Shown here piece after piece: positions 22,125 through 30,971 of a stretch of DNA of 56,690 nt. The DNA is from Candidatus Thalassarchaeum sp. (GTDB lineage: Archaea > Thermoplasmatota > Poseidoniia > Poseidoniales > Thalassarchaeaceae): contig JASMMD010000003.1 in assembly GCA_030748335.1 (NCBI GenBank), forward strand, positions 1-56,690. Reading direction: 5' to 3'. The notes below the pieces were generated by a model. The model did not search any database, had not been told where the DNA came from, and was given only the letters and a program-made list of their open reading frames with translations. Position 1 is the stretch's first letter. Every line of letters starts with the position of its first letter. Made by a program: the position numbers and the translations under genes.

Positions 22125-22454
22125 CTAGTAGTGACCTATGGTCGTGAGGCAACGCTCGATCAGACTCGCCACCTCGCTGATCAACGGATCCTCCTCCTCG
22201 GCGAACCTGAGCGTCGCGGCCCCGTGCCTCCTAGGGGCGAGGCCGTCAGGCAGTGTGTGAGGGTGATAGTAGAGCGGCAGCAGGTAAAGCCCGACGTGGC
22301 GGAGTTGAATCCTGACTGTGGCGAATGGCCTGCCCGCCTCGGTCTCGATTCGCAGGTCTCCAGGCTCGTCCACGATGACCGGTAGCCCTGCACAGCCCTC
22401 CCGGACGATATCGGCCAACCTAGCCCAGAGGAACAGGTAATCAGGATTCTTCAT
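22125..22454 (-). CDS. Hypothetical protein (DUF1801/YdhG-like)
   Basis: FATVRIQ..HVGLYLLPLY..P and G..TLRF pattern; 4-bp ATGA overlap with the upstream dehydrogenase. Confidence 0.55.
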   Translation of the reverse strand: MKNPDYLFLWARLADIVREGCAGLPVIVDEPGDLRIETEAGRPFATVRIQLRHVGLYLLPLYYHPHTLPDGLAPRRHGAATLRFAEEEDPLISEVASLIERCLTTIGHY

Positions 22455-23326
22455 CGCTCGACCTTCTCGCCACTGGTCCAGTCATAGATTCCCTTACCGG
22501 TCTTCTTGCCTAGATCGCCAGCCCCAACCAACCGGTCAAGCATGGGGTGCGGACGGTAACTCTCGTCATCGAAGGCCTCGGCCAGATTGTTGAGTATGTC
22601 ACGTCGTACGTCCAGACCGACTAGGTCACTGAGTTCCAGAGGTCCCATTGGATGCCTGTAGCCAAGACGCATCGCAGTATCTATGTCGCTGGCCGAGGCG
22701 ACTCCCTCAGCTAACATCCGTATCGCCTCGTTGCCGAGCACCACGCCGAGCCTGCTGGTGGCGAACCCAGGGACATCGCGAACCAGTATGGTCTCCTTTC
22801 CCATCGCAGAACCGATCGACTGCGCGGCTGCAATGGTCGCATCCGAGCATGAATCATGGCGGACTAACTCAAGCAGACTCATTAGTGGGACCGGATTGAA
22901 GAAGTGCATACCGATAACACGCTCTGCACAATCGGTCGCATCAGCAATCTCTCCTATGGGTAAGCCGGAGGTGTTGGTCGCAAGCACTGCGTGAGCGGGA
23001 GACAGTGTCTCCAACTCACGGAAGAGATCCTGCTTGAGATCCATGTTCTCAGGCACGGCCTCGATGACCAGATCCGCACCAGATACGGCCTCGGCCATGT
23101 TCTCACAGGCACTCAGATTGATCGACCACTCCGACTTCTGCTGCTCGGTTGTCTTCCCACGAGCAATCCCCTTGTCCCAGAAGGCGTGAATAGAATCCAT
23201 CCCCTTCTGCAGACCCTCTGGGAATGCGTCGTAGAGCCGGGTGTTCCAACCGGTCTGGGCACTGACCTGCGCAATTCCAGCGCCCATCGTCCCGGCGCCG
23301 ATGACGGCGACGGTACTGACATCCAT
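22451..23326 (-). CDS. 3-hydroxyacyl-CoA dehydrogenase (Hbd/PaaH-like)
   Basis: GAGTMGAGIA, IEAVPE, ATNTS, GMHFFNP, PMGPLEL.DLVGLD and LGKKTGKG motifs; start ATG 23326. Confidence 0.93.
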   Translation of the reverse strand: MDVSTVAVIGAGTMGAGIAQVSAQTGWNTRLYDAFPEGLQKGMDSIHAFWDKGIARGKTTEQQKSEWSINLSACENMAEAVSGADLVIEAVPENMDLKQDLFRELETLSPAHAVLATNTSGLPIGEIADATDCAERVIGMHFFNPVPLMSLLELVRHDSCSDATIAAAQSIGSAMGKETILVRDVPGFATSRLGVVLGNEAIRMLAEGVASASDIDTAMRLGYRHPMGPLELSDLVGLDVRRDILNNLAEAFDDESYRPHPMLDRLVGAGDLGKKTGKGIYDWTSGEKVER

Positions 23327-23330
23327 TGAA

Positions 23331-23891
23331 TCACTCCCGGCCGTATGCTGCAAGCGCGGCTTGGAACAGCCGCTGCCGTGGCACATCGTGCTCTATGAAG
23401 CAGGTGAAAGGAGCTACATCCTTGAGCAGCTCGATTGCACTGACGTAGGCTCCGTAAACGAACGGGTCAGCTGATTCGGTGTAAGGTATTTCGATACCAA
23501 GTTTGGCTAGCCCCCTCCGGGTGTCTTCATCCCATATGGCATAGGTATGGTTGGTGAAGTGCAGGTATGCGGAGAGCCTGCGAAGGTCCGACCTAGCCTT
23601 TTCGGTAAAACTCTCGAGCAGGAGAGTGTCGGGATACCTGATGGCGTACAGCGCCAGCATCACCTCTCTCTGAGTCTCCTCGCGCCAGTCTCTCTCGTCC
23701 AGCCCCATCCAGGCGTCGATCATGTCCAGCATCTCAGGAGTGTATGGTTTGCGAACCCGATACAGCAGTTCCTCGTAACCCTCGGCATTCCCCTGCTCGG
23801 AGTGGTGGTACTGGTGGAAGTAGTCAGTCAGCATATCGAAGAACGGAGCGCATCGCTCCTTGTCAAACGATGACAGAGCCACATGCTGCAT
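23331..23891 (-). CDS. Conserved hypothetical protein
   Basis: Clean 186-aa ORF tightly packed between boxB-like and dehydrogenase genes; LSAYLHF...YAIWD segment. Confidence 0.75.
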   Translation of the reverse strand: MQHVALSSFDKERCAPFFDMLTDYFHQYHHSEQGNAEGYEELLYRVRKPYTPEMLDMIDAWMGLDERDWREETQREVMLALYAIRYPDTLLLESFTEKARSDLRRLSAYLHFTNHTYAIWDEDTRRGLAKLGIEIPYTESADPFVYGAYVSAIELLKDVAPFTCFIEHDVPRQRLFQAALAAYGRE

Positions 23892-23907
23892 GCGGAAGCC
23901 CCCAGGC

Positions 23908-25050
23908 TCAGTCGCCCTTCCACTCGCGGTACTGTATCCACTCTTCCTTCATGTACTCGTTGATCAGCTTCTCCTCGTCCTCCTCAGTGGGTAGGACGGC
24001 CGAGAGGTACTCATCCCAAGCAACATCATCGCCCTCGAAGTCCTCGCCATGTACTGTGTAGCGCTTACCGGCGTACTTGCCGATTCCGCGCTTGAACTTG
24101 TCAGATGGGATGTAGAGCTCCGGCTCGCCCTCCTTGCGGACCTTGCTGATTCTGCGCATCTCGTCGCGCAACTCCTGGAAATACAATTCTCTGCTGGCTT
24201 CGTTCAGATGCTCTCTGTCTGCGGGCTCCTGCGCCTCTCGTTCGTCGTATCTGCCCTTGACTCCGTAGACATATGCCCACTGTGCACTAGTAGAGTCGTC
24301 CGTACCGAACAGATCCAGGCCTGTACTAACCCACTTGTTGAGGTACTTCTGAAGCAACGCGCAGGGGATTACGCCCTGTTTCACTATCCGTCGCAGGCCA
24401 TTGGCTCCAGTTCCGAGATGGAAAGACTCCTCTTTGAGCATCGGACCCATGCTAGCGGCTAGTGGCTTGAAAGACGAGGTGCTAAGCATCTTGAGTTGAT
24501 ATTTGCCATCACGGTCGATGAAGTGGGTGAAGCAGAAGAAGTCAAGCCAGTGGTCGATTGGTGCGTTGAAAGAGCCCAGAATCCTAGTGCCCTCCTGAGC
24601 GTTCCTCTCGAGTAGCTTGGCTGCCTCGCGCATACCCTGCTCACCAAAGAATGTGCAAAGAAGATAGGCCATCTGCCAGCCGTGCCGCTGCTCTTCACAC
24701 ATGATTCGCAGAGCCGATTTACGGTCGTACTCGGTCGGCGCCGAGGCCAGCAGATGATTCTGTTGCTCAACTGATGCGAACTCTGTGTCGCCTTGGACAC
24801 TCACCATGTTGATGATGGCGTCTCGAATGGTCTGCTGGGGGATTTGCATCCTACGATTCCACTTCGGTTTGCCTTCGAAGTCGCCGAACTCGATTTGGTT
24901 ACCAGCAGTGTCCCAGTCGAACTTGATGTCGAAGCGGTAGTCACCGAGCCACGAAGGATCGAAGCCTATTCTGGTCTGCCACTCATTGAAGTCGTCAATC
25001 CATCCCTCAAAGTTCTGAGTGTAGTCAGCGACCACTTCAGTATCCGCCAT
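23908..25050 (-). CDS. boxB: BoxB-like benzoyl-CoA/aryl-CoA epoxidase (PaaA/PaaC ferritin-like diiron family)
   Basis: QGDTEFASVEQQ..L...APTEYD, EEQRHGWQM.YLL, GSFN, DRDGKYQL and EESFH (two ExxH diiron motifs); GGGAG RBS before ATG 25050. Confidence 0.82.
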   Translation of the reverse strand: MADTEVVADYTQNFEGWIDDFNEWQTRIGFDPSWLGDYRFDIKFDWDTAGNQIEFGDFEGKPKWNRRMQIPQQTIRDAIINMVSVQGDTEFASVEQQNHLLASAPTEYDRKSALRIMCEEQRHGWQMAYLLCTFFGEQGMREAAKLLERNAQEGTRILGSFNAPIDHWLDFFCFTHFIDRDGKYQLKMLSTSSFKPLAASMGPMLKEESFHLGTGANGLRRIVKQGVIPCALLQKYLNKWVSTGLDLFGTDDSTSAQWAYVYGVKGRYDEREAQEPADREHLNEASRELYFQELRDEMRRISKVRKEGEPELYIPSDKFKRGIGKYAGKRYTVHGEDFEGDDVAWDEYLSAVLPTEEDEEKLINEYMKEEWIQYREWKGD

Positions 25051-25099
25051 AATCTCCCGACTCCCTTTTCGCTTTTGAAGTAATATCCGAACGTACAAA

Positions 25100-25753
25100 T
25101 CAATCCTTGGGGCTCTTTCTCCGGACCGAGTCGGAGAATTCTTCGATTATCCTGTGCTCGATGAGTTGAATCATCTCGCAGAGTGTCGATTTGGAGACGT
25201 CTACCTTACTTGCCAAATTAGTCAAGGTAATCCTCCTCGGAGTGTCGTAGTACCCGTGCCTCACTGCGAGATCGAAGACTTCTCTCTGTCGCACAGTGAG
25301 CAATCTCGACTCCCCTACCTTCGATAGTGAGTGAATCTTGTGATGCAATCCTAACTTATTCAGCCCCTCCACCAGATTCTTCATGTGCATGTTGTCAGTG
25401 ACGAATTCCCAATCTACCCAGCCGTCCCTGACTTCGAATGGGGTGTGGGGTAGCACCTCAGCCTCGATCAGAGGCCGCAGGAACCCGCCCCCCCCTTTCA
25501 TGATGGTGATGTTGATTTCGACCGAGTCGGCGTGTTCATCGAAGAATAAGACAGCCTCGACCCCTGGGTGTGAAGACAGTTCATCCTTGAACTTCTGCAG
25601 TCCGTACCCGCTGGCCCTCCCTCGAGCCGAGCCACGGCCCTTGGATAGGGCCATGTGCTCTTCTATTCGCAAAATGATATGGTGGTTGGACCTCGAAACA
25701 TCACCGGCCCAGTGACCGTCCGGCAGACGTATCGATATGTACAGATGCTGCAT
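25100..25753 (-). CDS. HTH-10 (bacterio-opsin activator/DmsR/NarO-type) transcription regulator
   Basis: C-terminal LTVRQREVFDLAVRHGYYDTPRRITLTNLA..VDVSKSTL signature; GGGGTG RBS before ATG 25753. Confidence 0.9.
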   Translation of the reverse strand: MQHLYISIRLPDGHWAGDVSRSNHHIILRIEEHMALSKGRGSARGRASGYGLQKFKDELSSHPGVEAVLFFDEHADSVEINITIMKGGGGFLRPLIEAEVLPHTPFEVRDGWVDWEFVTDNMHMKNLVEGLNKLGLHHKIHSLSKVGESRLLTVRQREVFDLAVRHGYYDTPRRITLTNLASKVDVSKSTLCEMIQLIEHRIIEEFSDSVRRKSPKD

Positions 25754-25784
25754 CGCCACCCCTGCTCCTCTCAAGGCTCCTTCT

Positions 25785-26438
25785 TTATTCATCTTCGTCA
25801 CTCACCTCTGTCCTCGCACCACCATGCGGGATGATGTGGACTATGATTAATGAGGCCGCAAGACCGAGCAGGAACGGGGGCATCAAACTGGGCTCCCCCG
25901 CTCCAGGGGAATCGTCACTGGGTGGCCCCTTCATCAATCCGGTGAGCACCGACCACGCGTCGTCGGAATCAGCGGTACCATCTCCATCTACGGTGTTCGC
26001 ATACACGCGGTAACTGATGTCGCGGGCGTATGAGGATGGCGCAGTCCAGATGACAGTCCACGTCCTGTCCATATTGCCCGACTCTGTATGGGTGGCCTCA
26101 CCGTCCACCACATGCACCGCATCGTCGAGTACAGACAGGCTTCCGGCATCCACATGCAGGTTGAATCCCCCCAAGGCGCTGCCGTCCTCACTGACCGAGC
26201 TCAGGGCGGTGATTGAGATCTCGTACTTGACAGAGGCTTCCCACTTCTCTGGGAATCCTGTGACTTCTATGCTCACGCTGTCGCTAGCTATCCCTCCACC
26301 ATGGCACAAGCAGCCGTGCTCCACCGCTTCTCCAGTGATGCCAATGGGATAGGACATTGTGGTGGGGGCCAAGACGGTGAAAATAATGAAGAAAAAGCAT
26401 GCCAGCCATCTAGAGACACAAGGTCCCTTATTTTCCAT
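25785..26438 (-). CDS. Secreted, membrane-anchored Reeler-like (choice-of-anchor-V-like) protein with CxCH motif
   Basis: Signal peptide, GCLCH, GGFNL, ATHT..GN..R.W...WTAP and N.VDGDG...D.W motifs; C-terminal TM. Confidence 0.75.
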   Translation of the reverse strand: MENKGPCVSRWLACFFFIIFTVLAPTTMSYPIGITGEAVEHGCLCHGGGIASDSVSIEVTGFPEKWEASVKYEISITALSSVSEDGSALGGFNLHVDAGSLSVLDDAVHVVDGEATHTESGNMDRTWTVIWTAPSSYARDISYRVYANTVDGDGTADSDDAWSVLTGLMKGPPSDDSPGAGEPSLMPPFLLGLAASLIIVHIIPHGGARTEVSDEDE

Positions 26439-26446
26439 CTAGACCC

Positions 26447-26499
26447 CCGAACATGGGTGGTATACCGAAGTCAATCACACTCGTCCCGAACATGTTCGG
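26447..26499. promoter_or_regulatory. Putative operator: perfect palindrome CCGAACATGTTCGG (26486-26499) plus half-site CCGAACATG (26447-26455)
   Basis: Read directly in the intergenic region upstream of the 26438 gene; the same core occurs at 30304 and 33008. Confidence 0.65.
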
Positions 26500-26523
26500 T
26501 TCATTCTGTTAGTGTGTCTACCA

Positions 26524-28689
26524 TCACTCAGTCATCTCAGGAAGCACATCGAAGTCGTGCTTAGGAGGTGGGGAGGAGGTGGACCATTCGAAAGTGGTAG
26601 CGTTCCAAGGGTTGTCACCTGCCTCATCGCCTGATTTCATGCTACGGATGAAGTTCCAGAAGAATATCAGCTGGGCTACGAATACCACCAACGAGCCGAT
26701 TGTGGAGAACATCTGCTCGGTTGCCCAGCCAGTGCTTTCTTCGTAGACATAGATCCTGCGGGGCATGTCCCACATCCCGAAGAGTGGGATGAAAGTTAGA
26801 TTGATTCCGAGGAAAGTCAGCCAGAAATGCCACCAACCAAGGGTCTGGTCCAGCATCCGGCCGAACATCTTTGGGTACCAGTAGTAGATTCCGCCGAGAG
26901 TCATAACCGCAACAGAACCTAGGGTGTAGTGGAAGTGAGCCACAAGGTAGTAGGTTCCTCTGAGTTGAACGTCCATCGCTAAGCTGGAGAGGTAAACTCC
27001 GGTAATTCCGCCAATTAGGAAGATACCAATTGCCCCCATAACAAACGCTAGAGGAAGTTTGGTGAAGTCAGGTTTTGATTTGTAGAAAGTACCCAATAAA
27101 CTCAGGTATATTAGCCCGAAAGGCACAGAGATGAGTTCGGTTCCAATACTTTCGATTTTCCTGAAGGTTGGATCTATTCCAGTGAGGAACATGTGATGGG
27201 CCCAGACGAGTACGCTGAGAACAGTTGCCACAGTCAAGGCCCAGAGGATTATTCGCCGGCCATACAGATGCCGTCGTACAAACGTCGGAACAATCTCCAT
27301 TGCCATGCCTAGTCCAGGTAGTAGCACGACGTAGACCTCAGGGTGTCCAAAGAACCAGAAGATGTGTAGCCACCAAGTAGTACCATCAATGGAAGGATCG
27401 AAGAACATCGTACCGAAAACCCGGTCACCGACCAGCATCAACACCGCGCCTAGGAGTGCTGGGAATATCACCAACATCAGAATTACAGTAAATAGCATTG
27501 TCCAAGTGTACATCGGCATTTGCATCAATCCCATACTGGGGATACGGTGTCTGAGAATTGTGACTAGGAAGTTGATGGTCGAAGCAGTAACGGATAGGAT
27601 TAGCAGGACCAGACCCGCTCCAGCGAGAGACACCCCCGCACCAGGAGTGTACTCGATGCTAGTCAATGGCGAGTAGAAGGTCCATCCCACATTCGCAGCA
27701 CCACCAAAGAAGAAGCCCGAGGCTGCAGTCAGTCCGCCTAGCACATAGGCCCAGAACGAGAATGCGTTCAGCCTTGGGAAAGCCATGTCCCTAGCCCCAA
27801 TTTGCAAGGGGACCATGTAGTTCGCGAATGCGAACGCCATCGGAGAGACGGCGAAGAGCACCATTACAGCACCGTGCATGGTGACTGCTTCGTTGAACAA
27901 TCCCCCTGTCATGAAGTCGTTATTCGGCACCACTAGTTGCAGGCGAATAAGTATGGATAGTGCTAGGCCTATCACGGTGAAAATAATCGATGCCCACAGG
28001 TAAAGCAATCCGATGTCCTTGTGGTTAGTCGTGCTCAGCCAGTGGATGAGTTCGGCCTTGCCGAAGTTCTCCTTGCGCCACAACACGATGACGATGTGCA
28101 GTATGATTACCAGCAGCGCGCCTACAATAATCAACCAGGCTGGCTCGTATATGTCGATGAGCGATCCAGAGCCAGCGTTCACTCCCGCGACTTTGAACTC
28201 GAGAATGTTCCAGTGGTCTTCCGAGTTCGCTGTGGAATCACCATTCACCGAGTTCACCAGGAGGACGAACTCAGCGACAACGTTGTCGGAGCTGGGTGTG
28301 ACCCACTCGATTTGCCAAGCACGCTGGTCATTGCCCTCTTCGGTGTGTGTGGCAGAACTTTCCATAATCTGAACCGATTCGTCGACGGCGACCAGACTGC
28401 CTCGGTCGACCTTCAGGTTGAAGCCGCCAAGATTCTCTCCGCCAGCATCAGGCCCGCCAGTGAACGAGATGTCCAAGATATAGGCCTCCCCAGCGACAAA
28501 GGTCTCCGGCAGACCTTCAATTGATGGAATCACGCTTTCATCTGCCACAGAGCTGTGGCAGCTACATCCGTTGTTGATGCTTGCACCGTTAATCCCCGAC
28601 GGCAGAGCGCCTAACTGCGGAGTCAGGGCCAACAACAGCGATAGAGCCAGCAGGGCACCGAGGTAGCGCTTCTGTCGCATTGGGAGCAT
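26524..28689 (-). CDS. coxA: Heme-copper oxidase subunit I (A-type-like) with N-terminal CxCH/Reeler-like fusion; K-channel residues absent
   Basis: TTNHKDIG, TMHG, DMAFPRLN, WFFGHPEVY, WAHHMF, VAHFHY and MPRR motifs. The ATG at 28689 overlaps the coxB stop (TGATG). Confidence 0.92.
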   Translation of the reverse strand: MLPMRQKRYLGALLALSLLLALTPQLGALPSGINGASINNGCSCHSSVADESVIPSIEGLPETFVAGEAYILDISFTGGPDAGGENLGGFNLKVDRGSLVAVDESVQIMESSATHTEEGNDQRAWQIEWVTPSSDNVVAEFVLLVNSVNGDSTANSEDHWNILEFKVAGVNAGSGSLIDIYEPAWLIIVGALLVIILHIVIVLWRKENFGKAELIHWLSTTNHKDIGLLYLWASIIFTVIGLALSILIRLQLVVPNNDFMTGGLFNEAVTMHGAVMVLFAVSPMAFAFANYMVPLQIGARDMAFPRLNAFSFWAYVLGGLTAASGFFFGGAANVGWTFYSPLTSIEYTPGAGVSLAGAGLVLLILSVTASTINFLVTILRHRIPSMGLMQMPMYTWTMLFTVILMLVIFPALLGAVLMLVGDRVFGTMFFDPSIDGTTWWLHIFWFFGHPEVYVVLLPGLGMAMEIVPTFVRRHLYGRRIILWALTVATVLSVLVWAHHMFLTGIDPTFRKIESIGTELISVPFGLIYLSLLGTFYKSKPDFTKLPLAFVMGAIGIFLIGGITGVYLSSLAMDVQLRGTYYLVAHFHYTLGSVAVMTLGGIYYWYPKMFGRMLDQTLGWWHFWLTFLGINLTFIPLFGMWDMPRRIYVYEESTGWATEQMFSTIGSLVVFVAQLIFFWNFIRSMKSGDEAGDNPWNATTFEWSTSSPPPKHDFDVLPEMTE

Positions 28690-29423
28690 CAGGCAACACC
28701 TCCAGAATACCACATATCGAAGTCATCCTTCTCCATCACTTCTAACACACCTATCATGATGGTGTGTTCGTCACCACATAATTCGAAACACCTGACTGGG
28801 TATGTTCCAGTCTCCTCAGCCTGAATCCAACCGGTGTTCACACGCCCCGGTATCGCATCCACCTTGATTCGGTGTTCGGGCAGGGCATAGGAGTGGAAGA
28901 CGTCACCACTCGTCACCTCGAAGACGACGGGCACATCCACCGGCACACGCAAAGGCTCTCCTGATGCGCTGGTGTAGGATATTCCATTGGGATACTGGTA
29001 GTCCCAGTAGTACTGATATCCCGTGATTTCGACAGTGAACGAGTCATCGGTAGTGTGCTCTTCGTGCTTCTCAAAGAAATCGATGGAATCGAATGTGACG
29101 TCGGAGAGCACTAATAGGAACAGGGCGATGACAATAGTAATGCCCCACGCGACCCTATTGTCTCCCCTCTCTTCCGGTCTCTGACCGATTCTCATGTCAT
29201 CACCCGATCCGTCAGATTCGGTTGTCAGCAGCCACAGGAAGTAGATGTACACCCCCATGCCTATCACAGTGCCTAGGCCCCAGTAAAGAGTGAACAACTC
29301 GTCATACACCTCAGCATGGGCACCCGTGCCCCCAAGTCCCTGAAACCAGTTGAAGATGGAAGCGAAGGTCAGTGCTAGGATGACGATGCTGGCGGAAATA
29401 ATGCCAAATGTTCTCCTATCCAT
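28689..29423 (-). CDS. coxB: Heme-copper oxidase subunit II with CuA site
   Basis: QYYWDYQY, TSGDVFHSY, DAIPG and CFELCGDEHTIM (CuA) motifs; TGATG overlap with coxC. Confidence 0.92.
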   Translation of the reverse strand: MDRRTFGIISASIVILALTFASIFNWFQGLGGTGAHAEVYDELFTLYWGLGTVIGMGVYIYFLWLLTTESDGSGDDMRIGQRPEERGDNRVAWGITIVIALFLLVLSDVTFDSIDFFEKHEEHTTDDSFTVEITGYQYYWDYQYPNGISYTSASGEPLRVPVDVPVVFEVTSGDVFHSYALPEHRIKVDAIPGRVNTGWIQAEETGTYPVRCFELCGDEHTIMIGVLEVMEKDDFDMWYSGGVA

Positions 29424-30229
29424 CAAATCACCTCCAGATAGACGACGAGGAAGAGGACGATCCAAACGGCATCGACGAAGTGCCAGTACATCGTGACAGC
29501 GCGGTAACCGTCGTGCCTGTCTGTAGACATGTGCCCGTTACGCATCAGCACTGCTACCACGATGAACACCAGCAGCCCGACCAGGACGTGCAGTCCATGC
29601 AGCCCTGTCAGTGAGAAGAAGGCGGTGCCGTAGGGATGATCGCCCCACAGGAACCCGGCATTGGAGTACTCGTACATCTGGATTGCCAAGAAGGCCAAGC
29701 CCAATGCTATAGCCGCATAGAGCGACTTGCCCGCCTCTTGCAGACGCCCTTCGCTGTGAAAACCGGCTGAGTAGTGCGCGAGCACGCCCGAGGATAGCAG
29801 CAGGACGGTGTTCAGGCCGACCAGAGCTATGTCGTGCTCCACCCCGGTCGCTGGCCATGAGCCCCCCACCGCATTTTCCCAACTCAATGTGTGCCAGCGG
29901 GCCCAGAACCAGTACGCGAAGAACGAGGCGAATATTATGCACTCGGTTATGATAATCCACACCATCGCCCATGAGGCGTCCCCCCAATCCCCTGCCGAGG
30001 ACCGAGTGGGTCGGTAAGGCCAGAGGTCGACTTCTTCTCTCATCCAGTTAGATATCGAGAGCACGAGGAGTGGTATCCCGAGGACAGCGAGGGGCCATAT
30101 CAGCAGTCCACCGAGACACAGCGTCACGGAGAGAGCGAGCATGATTGGAGCGAGACTGGAATGAACTTCTCCCTCTCCGTCTTTCTCAACATACTCAGAC
30201 ACAATGTTCTCTACTTCACTAGCGGACAT
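29423..30229 (-). CDS. coxC: Heme-copper oxidase subunit III
   Basis: I.TE..IFASFF, NT..LLSS, YG..FF.LTGLHGLHV and YWHFVD.VW motifs. Confidence 0.92.
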   Translation of the reverse strand: MSASEVENIVSEYVEKDGEGEVHSSLAPIMLALSVTLCLGGLLIWPLAVLGIPLLVLSISNWMREEVDLWPYRPTRSSAGDWGDASWAMVWIIITECIIFASFFAYWFWARWHTLSWENAVGGSWPATGVEHDIALVGLNTVLLLSSGVLAHYSAGFHSEGRLQEAGKSLYAAIALGLAFLAIQMYEYSNAGFLWGDHPYGTAFFSLTGLHGLHVLVGLLVFIVVAVLMRNGHMSTDRHDGYRAVTMYWHFVDAVWIVLFLVVYLEVI

Positions 30230-30300
30230 GACCTCACCGCTTGTGGCCTAGATACACGGAGCATTACTGAGTCGCCTTACAAGTTCGGTGATGCCATTAA

Positions 30301-30318
30301 CACCGAACCGGTTCGGTG
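30301..30318. promoter_or_regulatory. Putative operator: perfect 18-bp palindrome CACCGAACCGGTTCGGTG
   Basis: Lies in the divergent intergenic region upstream of coxC; core CGAA-N4-TTCG. Confidence 0.65.
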
Positions 30319-30352
30319 AGAATAGCAACTCCTTCCTCCCTATCCGCGACCC

Positions 30353-30970
30353 GTGGAGGAACCATCAGGCCAGGAAACGCCCCGCCGACTCCTAATCTTT
30401 CCAGTGCTCTTGGCATTGCTTCTGGCGGTCTCGCCGATTCTTCTGTTCGGAGACGATGCGGACAGCGGGGCGGTCTTGAGAGAGGATCTATCCGAGGCGC
30501 AGTTAGAGACTCTAGCGGGACTCGACTTCGCGAGGACGCCTGCAGATGTGAGGGGAGGTATGACCGCATTGAACCAGGCTTTCCTTCTGGATTCTGGCTC
30601 ACTGATTGTGGCGGGGACGTGGGAAGGTTCACTGGAGCTTGGAAATTGGTCCGATGAGTCCGTTGGCGGTAGGGATCTCTTCGTAGCTGAGTTGACTGCT
30701 GATGGAGATTGGTCCTCAGCCCATTTCGCTGGCTCTTCAGGCGAGGATTCTATCGCGTTACTCTCGATATCAGGAGATAGACTGTCCGTATGGGGTCGGG
30801 TGAACGGCGAAGCACGATTCGCCTCTGAGATTCTTGACCATCACACTGGATGGTCGCCGACAGCCTTCGAGGCACATCTCTACATTGACGAGGGTTGGCA
30901 GAGAGTCTGGCAGATAGACGATGAACTGCTGCCCGTTTCCTCAACCAGCCTGTGGTGCGGCTTCGCGTGA
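30353..30970 (+). CDS. Hypothetical membrane-anchored protein with partial beta-propeller repeat
   Basis: N-terminal TM; VAGTWEG...S.GG.DLFVAEL..DG.W repeat typical of propeller surface proteins. Confidence 0.55.
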   Translation: MEEPSGQETPRRLLIFPVLLALLLAVSPILLFGDDADSGAVLREDLSEAQLETLAGLDFARTPADVRGGMTALNQAFLLDSGSLIVAGTWEGSLELGNWSDESVGGRDLFVAELTADGDWSSAHFAGSSGEDSIALLSISGDRLSVWGRVNGEARFASEILDHHTGWSPTAFEAHLYIDEGWQRVWQIDDELLPVSSTSLWCGFA

Positions 30971-30971
30971 T

